Assembly (NCBI GenBank): GCA_044222065.1
Contig: JBGAOA010000037.1
Span: 1-44,522 of the forward strand
Direction of reading: 5' to 3'
DNA: 44,522 nt
Origin: Candidatus Eiseniibacteriota bacterium
GTDB lineage: Bacteria; Eisenbacteria; RBG-16-71-46
This document shows, in pieces, positions 1 to 9,360 of the stretch. Under the pieces are notes generated by a model that saw nothing but the letters and a program-made list of their open reading frames with translations, had not been told where the DNA came from and did no database searches. The position numbers and the translations under genes were made by a program. Position 1 is the first letter of the stretch, and each line of letters starts with the position of its first letter.

Positions 1-57
1 CAGTCGCTGCTGCCCGGCGCACGCGAGCCCGACGCCGAGCCGAAGCCCGGCGCCTGA
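1..57 (+). CDS. 3' end of a gene entering from upstream of the window (partial)
   Basis: Frame 1 reads QSLLPGAREPDAEPKPGA* with G/C-ending codons and stops at TGA 55-57, convergent with the next gene. Confidence 0.4.
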   Translation, partial: QSLLPGAREPDAEPKPGA

Positions 58-87
58 CGCGCCTGGGACGGCCGGGGCTCGCCCGGA

Positions 88-981
88 CTACTCCCGGGAG
101 CGAGGTCCGGTTCTCCCGCTGGAGGGCCGTGTCGAGCGCGAGCGTCTCGGGGCCGGCGGATGCGGATTGAGACCGTTCAGGAACGCTCCGGCGAGCAGCG
201 CGCCCGCTAACGCTTCGATCCCCACGATCCATCGGGCGCGATCCGTCAGCGGAACGATGTCACCGAAGCCCAGCGTCGTCAGAGTCACGATGCTCAGGTA
301 AACCGCCCGCGAGACGTTCGATCGCTGGAATCCCGCGTAGCCGAGGTTGCCGAGCGCGATCCTCCTGGCTCCCACTTCGGAACTCTCCGAGAGGACGCTG
401 TTCCACCCCCCGTGTCGCACGAGCGCTTCGAACGATGGCCCGATGTCGTATGGAGGGTGTTTCCGATCACTCGGAAAGAACGAGTAGTGGGTCACTCGGC
501 TCGACAGCTTCCAGATGTCGTACTGCGCGCCGCCAAGCACATGGTTGATGACCGGAAGCTCGAACTCGACTCGGGATCTGCGCGTTCGATCCGGCGTCGC
601 GTCGACGTAGAGCACCATGCTGCCCGCGATCGTACAGAGCAGGTCCGAGGCGCTGTCCTCCTCTGCCGACGCGTTCAGGCGAACGTCACCGACCCGCACG
701 AACACGGATTCGATCGTGGCGCTCGGGCGCACGTTCGAGTCCCTGAAGGGCAGAGAGGACTGGAGCCGCGTCTGGAGCTCGAGCTGCAGCATTCGAGCGA
801 GCGCTTGCCGCTCGACGCGCATCGCGGGGTCCTTCGCCGCGGTCGAATGGTAGAAATCGAGCGGCAGGAGCCAGTACACGGCCGCGAAGACCGGGATGCA
901 CGTGAAGTAGAGGACGAGATAGGCGAGCGGCGGGACACTCCGAAGGCGGCGATCCAACGACGAGATCAGGTCGAAGGGCAT
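88..981 (-). CDS. Potassium-channel-family (two-TM, Ion_trans_2-like) protein with a large insert between TM1 and the pore
   Basis: N-terminal TM (LAYLVLYFTCIPVFAAVYWLL), pore helix/filter YLSIVTLTTLGFGDIVP, then TM WIVGIEALAGALLAGAFLN. Confidence 0.75.
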   Translation of the reverse strand: MPFDLISSLDRRLRSVPPLAYLVLYFTCIPVFAAVYWLLPLDFYHSTAAKDPAMRVERQALARMLQLELQTRLQSSLPFRDSNVRPSATIESVFVRVGDVRLNASAEEDSASDLLCTIAGSMVLYVDATPDRTRRSRVEFELPVINHVLGGAQYDIWKLSSRVTHYSFFPSDRKHPPYDIGPSFEALVRHGGWNSVLSESSEVGARRIALGNLGYAGFQRSNVSRAVYLSIVTLTTLGFGDIVPLTDRARWIVGIEALAGALLAGAFLNGLNPHPPAPRRSRSTRPSSGRTGPRSRE

Positions 982-1176
982 GGGGCGTGAACTCGCGGAC
1001 GGGGACCCGGGGCAACGCGGCGACCGGCGGATGCGATCGTCGCCGCCGTCCGCGACGATGCGGACGGATCGTCGCGACGATCACGCAGTTCGGGCATGTT
1101 GCCGAAGCGCCCGGTGGGGAGCAAGGCAGCGCAGCAGGGTCGTCGACGCCCCGGCGTCAGACGCGCTCGCTGCGCC

Positions 1177-2037
1177 CTACGCCGCCCGCTTCACCTCGGG
1201 CGCCACTTCCAGCACGCGCTCGCCGCGCTCGTAGATGTCGCGCGCCTTGCCCACGATCGAGTGGTCCACCGCGCCGATCGCCTTCGGGTCGCGGCCCTCG
1301 TACGGGATCGCGTGCAGCAGGAAGCGCATGCACTCGAGCCGCGCGCGCTTCTTGTCGTCCGACTTGATGACGGTCCACGGCGCGTCGGCGGTGTCGGTGT
1401 AGAAGAACATCTCCTCCTTCGCGCGCGTGTAGTCGTCCCACTTGCCGAATGACGCGACGTCGATCGGGCTCAGCTTCCACTGCTTGAGCGGATCCGTCTG
1501 ACGCGCGCGGAAGCGGCGCGCCTGCTCGCTCTTCGAGACCGAGAACCAGAACTTGAACAGCTTGATGCCGCTGTTCACGAACATGCGTTCGAGCACGGGC
1601 GTCTGGCGCAGGAACTCGAGGTGCTCCTTCGGCGAGCAGAAGCCCATCACGCGCTCGACGCCCGCGCGGTTGTACCAGGAGCGGTCGAACAGCACGATCT
1701 GCCCCGCCGTCGGGAGCCGGCTCACGTAGCGCTGGAAGTACCACTGCCCGCGCTCGGTCTCGGACGGCTTCTCGAGCGCGACGACGATCGCGCCGCGCGG
1801 GTTCAGGTGCTCCATCAGGCGCTTGATCGTGCCGCCCTTGCCCGCCGCGTCCCGGCCTTCGAACAGGATCACGATGCGCTCGCCGCTCGACTTCACCCAG
1901 TTCTGCATCTTGAGCAGCTCGACCTGCAGCCGCGCCTTCTCGCGCTCGTAGGTCTTGCGCTCGAGCTTCGGGCGATGCGGCCTTGCAGGCTCGGCCGCGC
2001 CCACGAGGCGCGGACGCGCGGACGGATCGTTCGACAT
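1177..2037 (-). CDS. ppk2: Polyphosphate kinase 2, single domain
   Basis: Walker A FEGRDAAGKGG, Walker B FDRSWYNRAG, DPLKQWKLSP; ATG 2037 preceded by GGGAGG; ORF-track extension to 2493 not used. Confidence 0.93.
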   Translation of the reverse strand: MSNDPSARPRLVGAAEPARPHRPKLERKTYEREKARLQVELLKMQNWVKSSGERIVILFEGRDAAGKGGTIKRLMEHLNPRGAIVVALEKPSETERGQWYFQRYVSRLPTAGQIVLFDRSWYNRAGVERVMGFCSPKEHLEFLRQTPVLERMFVNSGIKLFKFWFSVSKSEQARRFRARQTDPLKQWKLSPIDVASFGKWDDYTRAKEEMFFYTDTADAPWTVIKSDDKKRARLECMRFLLHAIPYEGRDPKAIGAVDHSIVGKARDIYERGERVLEVAPEVKRAA

Positions 2038-2352
2038 GGCGGGGTCCCTCCCTTTCGAAGGAGGATCGGTTGCGGCGACTCGATTTGTACTGGCGCGCCT
2101 CCCGGCGACCACTCCGGGGCGGGCTCGCGGCGTTTCGCGCTTCACCGGTGAGGCGAGGTGGCCGCCGCGATTCCTTGCGGCGTTGCGAGTTGGGCCGGCC
2201 GGACGCTCGAGTCGGCCCGAACCACCCGGGTCGGGAAGCCCGCGCCATTTCCGGCTTGCTTCGGCCCGTCGTGCGCGGTCTTCTTCGTCGCACCGACCAT
2301 GCGACCGGGGCGACCCGGTCGAAGGCCTCGCCCGCCCACCCCCGGAGGCTCC

Positions 2353-3681
2353 GTGAGACCCCTCGCTCGTTTCGTCCTCGCCGTGGCGCTGCTGGGTTGC
2401 GTGTCGAGCGCGCACGCCTTTCCGATCGACCGGCACTACAAGATGACCGAGCAGGTGCTCGCGGCGCAGGGCGTGCCGTTCGCGGCGCGCCATCTCATCG
2501 CACTCGGATCGACGCTACCCGACATCGACGACTGCGTGGCCGACTGCTACTGCATGCCACCCTATGCGGTCTTCACGCTCTGCTCTCCCGCGTGGGTGAC
2601 GCCCGCCGTGCAGGGCCCGAATCACTTCGACAACAACATGTTCTACGAGAGCATGGACCGCATCAACGCGAACATCTATCCGATCATGGACGGGATGTAC
2701 GCCTACAACGGGCAGTGGCACGCCGCCGCGAAGACGCTCATCCGCTTCGGCCGCCTGCTGCACACCGTCGAGGACTTCTACGCCCACTCGTCCTACCTCG
2801 AGATCAACCTCGCTTACGTTCAGCGGAACGGGCTCGCGGCGCTGCCGATCTGGGAGGGGCAGCCGTACGTCGGGACGCCGTGGTGGATCACGTTCGGCTA
2901 CGTCAGCGATCTGCGCAGCGGCTACGTTCTCTCGATCACGCCCGCCGGGCAGCACTCGCACGAGCAGCTCGCGAAGGACACCGAGTACATGCCCGAGGGC
3001 GGCCGCCTCTACGCGGGCTACCCCGGCAACATCCCCCGCACCTACTACGGCGCGGTCTCGGGCGACTTCGCGCTCAACCGCCAGTTCCTCGTTTCCGGGC
3101 TCGCGCCCCGTCACGTGATTCGCGCCTACAACGCACTCTTTTCGGACGGCACGATCTTCATGGCGTACCCGCCGTGGCTCGCGAAGAACGCGGCGCGCGA
3201 CCCGAACGAAGTGCAGCGCTCCGTCACCGACTTCTTCAACGGCGTCGGACAGGACCCGATGCTCATCGCGCTCGCGCAGGAAGCGCAGGCCCTGAACCTC
3301 ATGACCGGATCCGATTCGTCGGTCGCCTATCCCGCGGGCGCGCTCGACGCCGACGGCGTCCCGATCCCGGGCGCGGTCGCGGTCGACGAGGCGCTCGCGC
3401 GACCGGGCGAACTCGCGCTCGCCGTGTCCCCGAACCCCGTGCGGGAGTCGGCGACGCTGCGATTCCGGCTGCCGGCGGCCGTTCGCGCCGAGGTCGCGGT
3501 CTTCGACCTCGCGGGGCGGCGGGTCGCGACGCCCTTCGACGCCGAAGGCGCTCCGGGCTGGAACGTGGCGCGCTGGGGCGGGCTGGACGCGGCCGGCCGG
3601 CCGGTCGCTCCGGGCGTCTACCTCGTGAGCGTGCGCGCGGCGGGTCGCCTGGAATCGAAGCGCCTCGTGATCTCGCGCTGA
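2353..3681 (+). CDS. Secreted Het-C/VWA7-like Zn-dependent phospholipase C/P1-nuclease-fold protein with FlgD-Ig/T9SS-like C-terminal domain
   Basis: GGAGG 2344-2348 then GTG 2353; signal peptide ending SSAHA; motifs NHFDN and GRLLHTVEDFYAHSSY; C-terminal SPNP...FDLAGRRV...PGVY. Confidence 0.7.
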   Translation: MRPLARFVLAVALLGCVSSAHAFPIDRHYKMTEQVLAAQGVPFAARHLIALGSTLPDIDDCVADCYCMPPYAVFTLCSPAWVTPAVQGPNHFDNNMFYESMDRINANIYPIMDGMYAYNGQWHAAAKTLIRFGRLLHTVEDFYAHSSYLEINLAYVQRNGLAALPIWEGQPYVGTPWWITFGYVSDLRSGYVLSITPAGQHSHEQLAKDTEYMPEGGRLYAGYPGNIPRTYYGAVSGDFALNRQFLVSGLAPRHVIRAYNALFSDGTIFMAYPPWLAKNAARDPNEVQRSVTDFFNGVGQDPMLIALAQEAQALNLMTGSDSSVAYPAGALDADGVPIPGAVAVDEALARPGELALAVSPNPVRESATLRFRLPAAVRAEVAVFDLAGRRVATPFDAEGAPGWNVARWGGLDAAGRPVAPGVYLVSVRAAGRLESKRLVISR

Positions 3682-3690
3682 GCGCGCGGC

Positions 3691-5413
3691 GTGACGCCGC
3701 GAACCCGTGAGGCGCTGACGGCCGCGGACCGTTCCGGGTCCGCGGCCGCCGCCGTCCTGCTCGCGTCGTTCGCGCTCGCTCGCGTCGCCGCGACGCTCGT
3801 GCCGGCGCCGTTCGCGTGGTCGCTCGACGTCGCGCGCGACCTTCCTTCCGCCTGGGCCGCCGTCCTGCTCGCCGCACCGCTCGTCGCACTCGCGCCGCCG
3901 ATCGCGCGCGCGCTCGAACGCTCGGCGGCCGCCTTCCGCCCCGAGCGCCGGGCGAGCGCGTGGGCGGCGGCGTTCGGCGCCGTGACGCTCGCGTGGCTGC
4001 TGCCCGATCGCGCGTGGTTCACGGGCGATTACCTCGGGCGCCAGTTCTCGCTGGATGCCGGGGGCGACGGACTGGCGTGGTACACGCACGCGATGCCGCT
4101 CGACCGGTGGCTCCACCAGTCGCTCGGTCACGCGCTCGTCTCGCGCGGCATCGTCGCGTCGCACGCCTACGGGCGGTGGCTCGGCGCGTTCGAGATCGCG
4201 ACGCTCGCCACGATCGCCATCGCCTTCGCGCGCGCGCTCGGCGTGCGCGGACTCGGGGCGGCGGTCGCGGCGATGACGCTCTTCTGGGGCGGCGGGCTCG
4301 CGCTGTTCACGGGCTACAACAAGGCGCTCTCCGAGGCGGTCGTGATCACCGCCGCGTTCGCCGCGCTCGGCGTGCGCGTCGCACGCACGGGCCGCGGCCT
4401 CGTCGCGCTCTCGGTCGTGCTCGCACTCGGACTCGCGCTCCATCGCTCGCTTCTCGGACTCGTGCCGGCGTGGGTCTGGGCGTGGCGCGCGGCAAACGCA
4501 TCGCGAGCCGAGCGCCGCGCAGCGGCGGCGATCCCGCTCGCGACGCTCGCGCTGCTCGTCCCGGCGCTCGCGGGCGTGCTGCGCGATTTCGACCTGCCGA
4601 TCTTCCTCGCGCGCGGTTCGGGCTTCTCGCGCGCGGCGTGGTCGTGGCGGCGCTTCGCGGACCTGGCGAACGCGCTCCTGCTGCTCGTCCCGGCGGCGCC
4701 GGCGCTGCTCGCGCTCGCAGCCGGCGCGCTCCGCGCCCGCGCGCGCGAACCCGAAGCGCGCTTCCTCGCGTGGCTCGCGGCGCCGCTCCTCGCGCTCGCG
4801 TTCGCGTTCTACCCGCCCGAAGGGCTGTTCCGCTTCTGGGACGTGCTCGCGGCGCCCGCGATCGCGCTCGCGGCGATCGGCGCGTGGGCGGCGGCGCGGG
4901 CGTGCGAACGTCCGGACGGGCGCCGTGTCGCGCCGGCGCTCGCGCTCACCGCCGCGTGCGCCGCGTTCGCGTGGCTCCTGCTCCAGTCCGACGCCGAGCG
5001 TTCGATCGCCCGCGTGCGCGCGTACGCCGCGCGCGAGTCGGTCCACTCGCCCGAGTCGATCGCGAACGCGCGCGAGTACCTCGGCTTCCGGCTCACGGAC
5101 CTCGGGCGCGACGGCGCGGCGGCGCTCGAGTTCGAGCGCGCGGCCGCCGTCGTCCCGAGCCCGCGCGTGCTGCGCCAGTGGGCCGCGACGGCGATGCTCG
5201 CGGGCGATCGGGACGGCGCGGCGCGCGTTGCGGCAGCTCGTCGCGCGCGACCCCGCGAACGTCGACGGCTGGCGGCGGCTCGCGACCGTCGCGTTCGAGC
5301 GCGCCGACTCCCTCGAGGCGCGGCGAGCGCTCGAGGCGATCCTCGCGCTCGAGCCGTCCGATTCGACCGCGGCGCGGCTGCTGCGCGCCGCGCCCGAGTG
5401 GCGCTCGCGCTGA
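3691..5413 (+). pseudogene. Multi-pass membrane protein with C-terminal TPR-like repeats, interrupted by an apparent frameshift near 5216-5222 (true pseudogene or sequence error)
   Basis: About 11-12 hydrophobic segments then TPR-like helices; the reading degenerates after AMLAGDRDGA, while another frame continues ALRQLVARDPANVDGWRRLA...LALEPSD to TGA 5413. Confidence 0.65.
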
Positions 5414-5435
5414 GCCGCCTCGCGCGGCCGGGCGC

Positions 5436-8147
5436 TCAGGTCCCCGCGCCGTCCTCCCCGCCGAACGACCACGGCCGCTTGCCGCCGAGCGACACGCGGA
5501 AGCTCGCGATCACGGCGACGACGAGGAGTCCGAGGAGCAGCGCGGACTGGAACGCGTAGGGCGCGCCGGAGACGACCGGCAGCGGCGTCGCGAGCAGCAG
5601 CGCGCGCATGCACCACGAGGCGAGCAGCGCGAGCAGGCCGAAGCGCGCGATGAGCCACGCGGCGAGAGCGCCGTAGACGAGCGCGCCGGGTGTCTCGACG
5701 ATCGGGTTCTCGGCTCCGAGCGACAGCAGCGTCATGAGCAGCGCCGTGCCGAGCGAGGCGATGAGCGCGCGACGCGTGACGACGCGCAGCAGGAACCACA
5801 GGCCGAACAGCGACAGCGTCGCCCCCATCTGGTCGAACGGCGCGCCGAGCACGACGCCGACGAGCAGAGGTCCGCCGAGCAGCACGTCCGTGTTCGGCGG
5901 CACCGGCGTCTGGCCGCGCACCGGGATCCACGTCGGCAGCGCGTTGATGAGGTAGATGACGACGACGATCGCCGCGCCGAACAGCGCCCCGATGAGCACG
6001 TCGCGCCCGACCCGCGGGTCGCGGAAGCGCCCCTGGATGAGCCGCGCCCAGCCGATCAGCAGTTCGGGCGTGTGGCGGCGCACGTAGGGCTCGACCGCGA
6101 CGTAGAGGAAGAACACGAAGCACGCCTGCGCGAGCGCGTACGAGAACGCGAGGAAGAACGAACTGAAGCCGGCGAGCGGATCGCCGGGGTGGTGCGCGTA
6201 GAAGACCCACTGGACGATGCGCGCGGCGACGATCGCGTTCGCGACCGCGAGGCCGCCTCGCCAGTCGCTGCGCCCGCTCCGCAGGCGCCGCTTGCCCACG
6301 ACGATGCCGAACACCAGCATCAGGACGACGAAGACGAGCAGCAGCGTCGTCGAAAACAGGTTCTGCGCCGAGAGGTCGCCGAGCCGCGTGATCGGGCGCT
6401 CGCTCCACGGGCCGCGGATGCGGAAGCCGACCGGGCGGCTTCCCCACCAGTCGATGCCGACGCGCAGTTCCGCGCCCACGAGCCGCTCGCTCGTGCCGAC
6501 CCACTCGCGCTGCAGCGTGGATGCCGTGCGGGGCACGAGCACGGGCGTCACCTCGCGGAACGAAGCGGTATCGAGGCCGGCGAGCGCGAAGAGGCGCGCG
6601 GCCGGGAACGGCGACGCGACGTCGCGCACCGAATCCACGGGTCCGGGCACGGCGAGGAAGTCCACGAGCCGCCCCTCGCCGTCCACGAACGTGCTCGTCG
6701 AGCCGTGGTCGGTCGCCGGAGGATCCACGCCCGTGACGCGCGGGCCGACCGGCGCGAGCGCCTTCGGGCTCTCGCGGTAGCCGAGCACCAGCGGAGCGCC
6801 GAGGCGGCCGTAGTCGCGCCGCCAGTGCGTCGAGATCTCGTTCTGGGCTCGCCAGCGCAGCGGCTCGTACAGGCGCCAGAGCATCGTCGCGCGATCGCGC
6901 GGGGGCGTCGTGTACCCGAGTTCGCGTCCGATCTCCCTCGCCTTCGCCTCGAGCGCCGCGGGACTCTGCGTGAACGGCGCGAGGCCGAGGTCGGTCGCGG
7001 CGGGCGCGAGCGCCACGAGCGCCGCGATCAGCGCGAGCACGCCGCCGAGCAGCCACCACGCGGCGCGCACGTCGAGCGCGCCCTCGCCGCCCGAGGCCGC
7101 GACCATCTGCGGCGACGGCGTCTCGCCCGCGGCGAGCGCCGCCATCACGGGATCGCCGCCGGGCAGCGAGGCGGCGAGCTGCAGCGCCGAACGCGGTCGT
7201 CGCGCGGGGTCCTTCTCGAGGCAGCGCTGGATCGCGCGCGCGACCGGCTCGTCCACGTCGCGCTCGAGCTCGTCCGGCGAGCGCGGCACGATCTGCGAGT
7301 GCTGCGTGCGCCAGCCGTCGAACGTCGCGGCGTCGAGCGCGCGCCGTCCGGTGTAGGTCTCGTACAGGATGAGCCCGGCGGCGTAGAGGTCGGTCTGCAC
7401 CGTGATGGCACGGCCGTCGAACTGCTCGGGCGCCATGTAGGCCGGCGTGCCGGCGACCTCGGCGCCGCCGCCGTCTTCGAGCCGCACGGCGAGTCCGAAG
7501 TCCGTGAGCCGCACGCGGCCCTCGCCGTCGATCATGACGTTCGACGGCTTCAGGTCGCGGTGGATCACCCCGCGGTCGTGCGCGGCGGCGAGCCCGGCGC
7601 ACAGCTGGCGCGCGACCTCGTCCGCCTTCGCGCGCGGCAGGCGGCCGATGCGCTTGAGGAGCGTCGCGAGGTCTTCGCCGTCCACGTACTCCATGGACAG
7701 GAACGTCTGGCCATCCACCTCGCCGATGTCGTACACGCGGCACACGTTCGGGTGCGACACGCCGCGCGCGTTGCGGACCTCGGCGCGGAAGCGCTCGAGC
7801 ATGTCGGGCCGGCCCGCGAACGCGCGGCCGATGAACTTGAGCGCCACCGACTGCGACAGCTCGAGGTCGTCCGCGCGGTACACCTCGCCCATGCCGCCGC
7901 GCCCGAGCAGTCCGACGACGCGGTAGCGGCCCGCGATCACCTGCCCGGGCTGGAACGAGGCCGACGCGAAGCTCGCGGACGACTCGAGCCGGCCGATCGT
8001 GGCCGTCGGCGCGGGCGCCTGCGGACGCGTGGGCGGCGTGGCCATCGCGGTCGGCATCTGCGAGACGGAACTCTGCGCGGCGCCGCACGCGGGGCAATAG
8101 CGGTTTCCGGCGGCGATCTCGGCGGCGCAGTTCGAGCACGTCTGCAT
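5436..8147 (-). CDS. Hanks-type Ser/Thr protein kinase with N-terminal zinc ribbon, an extracytoplasmic region and a multi-TM C-terminus
   Basis: CSNC...CPAC; GRGGMGEVY, VALK, HRDLKPSN, DFG, GTPAYMAPE; several C-terminal TM helices; alternative ATG at 8156. Confidence 0.9.
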   Translation of the reverse strand: MQTCSNCAAEIAAGNRYCPACGAAQSSVSQMPTAMATPPTRPQAPAPTATIGRLESSASFASASFQPGQVIAGRYRVVGLLGRGGMGEVYRADDLELSQSVALKFIGRAFAGRPDMLERFRAEVRNARGVSHPNVCRVYDIGEVDGQTFLSMEYVDGEDLATLLKRIGRLPRAKADEVARQLCAGLAAAHDRGVIHRDLKPSNVMIDGEGRVRLTDFGLAVRLEDGGGAEVAGTPAYMAPEQFDGRAITVQTDLYAAGLILYETYTGRRALDAATFDGWRTQHSQIVPRSPDELERDVDEPVARAIQRCLEKDPARRPRSALQLAASLPGGDPVMAALAAGETPSPQMVAASGGEGALDVRAAWWLLGGVLALIAALVALAPAATDLGLAPFTQSPAALEAKAREIGRELGYTTPPRDRATMLWRLYEPLRWRAQNEISTHWRRDYGRLGAPLVLGYRESPKALAPVGPRVTGVDPPATDHGSTSTFVDGEGRLVDFLAVPGPVDSVRDVASPFPAARLFALAGLDTASFREVTPVLVPRTASTLQREWVGTSERLVGAELRVGIDWWGSRPVGFRIRGPWSERPITRLGDLSAQNLFSTTLLLVFVVLMLVFGIVVGKRRLRSGRSDWRGGLAVANAIVAARIVQWVFYAHHPGDPLAGFSSFFLAFSYALAQACFVFFLYVAVEPYVRRHTPELLIGWARLIQGRFRDPRVGRDVLIGALFGAAIVVVIYLINALPTWIPVRGQTPVPPNTDVLLGGPLLVGVVLGAPFDQMGATLSLFGLWFLLRVVTRRALIASLGTALLMTLLSLGAENPIVETPGALVYGALAAWLIARFGLLALLASWCMRALLLATPLPVVSGAPYAFQSALLLGLLVVAVIASFRVSLGGKRPWSFGGEDGAGT

Positions 8148-8245
8148 GGCGCGCATCCTAGCGACGCACAAGGCGCGTCGCGAGCGAAAAGCCGCGGCGC
8201 CGCGCGGTGCGGGCCGCGCGGCGCCGGTTCAACGTCCGGTGCGCG

Positions 8246-9358
8246 TCAGACGACCGCGACCTTCACGCAGTTGATGGGCGGCAGCGAGTCGAACAGGCAC
8301 TCCCATTCCTCGCCGCCGTCGCGTCCGATCCAAAGCTGTCCCGTCGTCGTGCCGAAATAGAGCGCCGGAGACTTCAGCTCGTCCACGTCCATCGCGTCGC
8401 GCAGCACGGTGAAGAAGCTGTCCTTCTTCGGGAAGCCCTTCGAGAGCTTTTTCCACGCCCGCCCGCCGTTCTCGCTGCGCCACACGGCCGGCGCCGCGCC
8501 CGGGCACGAGCGCGTCATCGGCTCGAGCGGCAGCACGTAGACGACGTCGGGATCGTGCGGATGCACGGCGATCGGGAAGCCGAAGTCGGACGGCAGTCCC
8601 TTCGCGATCGAATACCACGAGTGGCCGTGGTCGTCGCTGCGCAGCACGCCGATGTCGGGGCGCGGCCCGCCCGGTCCGTCCCACTTCGCCCAGCCGCCGT
8701 GGTTCTGCATGTAGAGCCGCCCGGGCGCGTCCTTGTGGCCGACGATCTTGTGGACGCACTGGCCGAACTCGGGGAACGGATCGGGCACGAACCCGGCGCC
8801 GACGCCCTTGTTCGACGCCTGGAACGTCTGGCCGCCGTCCTCGCTCAGGTAGTGCCCGCCGGTCGAGATGCCGAGGTGCACGCGGTCGCCGTCGGGGTAG
8901 ATCGTGTGCATGCACAGGCCGCCGTTGCCGGGGTGCCACTTGCGCGCGTGGTCGTGGTTGCTGATGCCGTTCACCATCTCCCACGTGTCGCCGCCGTCGC
9001 GACTGCGGAAGAGTGACGCCGGTTCGACGCCGCACCACAGGTCGTTCTTGCCCGGGCCGGGCTCGAGCGACCAGATGTTCGCGAGCGCGCGCCCGTCGTC
9101 CTTCGGGAACTCGGGCGCCGACTTCGTCGGCTTGAACGTCTTGCCGAGGTTCGTCGAGCGCAGGACCTTCATGCCGAAGAACGGATTGCAGCTCGAGGCG
9201 TACACCTTCGCGCTGCCGCGCGTGTCCACGAGCGTCGAGTAGACCGACACGCCTTCGCCGAACGGCCCGCGCAGCTCGAAACGGCCGCGCGTCCTGCCGG
9301 CCTCGGCGACGAAGGCGCCCTTCTTGGTTCCGATGGCAAGGATCACACGCTCCGGCAT
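8246..9358 (-). CDS. Cytoplasmic BNR/Asp-box beta-propeller protein (often auto-annotated exo-alpha-sialidase/WD40-YVTN)
   Basis: Repeated Asp-boxes (RSRDGGDTW, SEDGGQTF, RSDDHGHSW, RSENGGRAW, RDGGEEW); AGGAGG RBS; no signal peptide. Confidence 0.85.
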   Translation of the reverse strand: MPERVILAIGTKKGAFVAEAGRTRGRFELRGPFGEGVSVYSTLVDTRGSAKVYASSCNPFFGMKVLRSTNLGKTFKPTKSAPEFPKDDGRALANIWSLEPGPGKNDLWCGVEPASLFRSRDGGDTWEMVNGISNHDHARKWHPGNGGLCMHTIYPDGDRVHLGISTGGHYLSEDGGQTFQASNKGVGAGFVPDPFPEFGQCVHKIVGHKDAPGRLYMQNHGGWAKWDGPGGPRPDIGVLRSDDHGHSWYSIAKGLPSDFGFPIAVHPHDPDVVYVLPLEPMTRSCPGAAPAVWRSENGGRAWKKLSKGFPKKDSFFTVLRDAMDVDELKSPALYFGTTTGQLWIGRDGGEEWECLFDSLPPINCVKVAVV

Positions 9359-9360
9359 GC

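Noticed and set aside
2038..2352. Riboswitch or ncRNA in the ppk2 divergent intergenic region
   Set aside because: Several GC hairpins are possible but no recognisable conserved family motif; would need an Rfam/Infernal search
2515..8360. Very long ORFs 2515..8139 (-) and 3816..8360 (+)
   Set aside because: Arg/Ala/Gly-rich shadow frames of real genes; stop codons are rare at this GC content; no motifs
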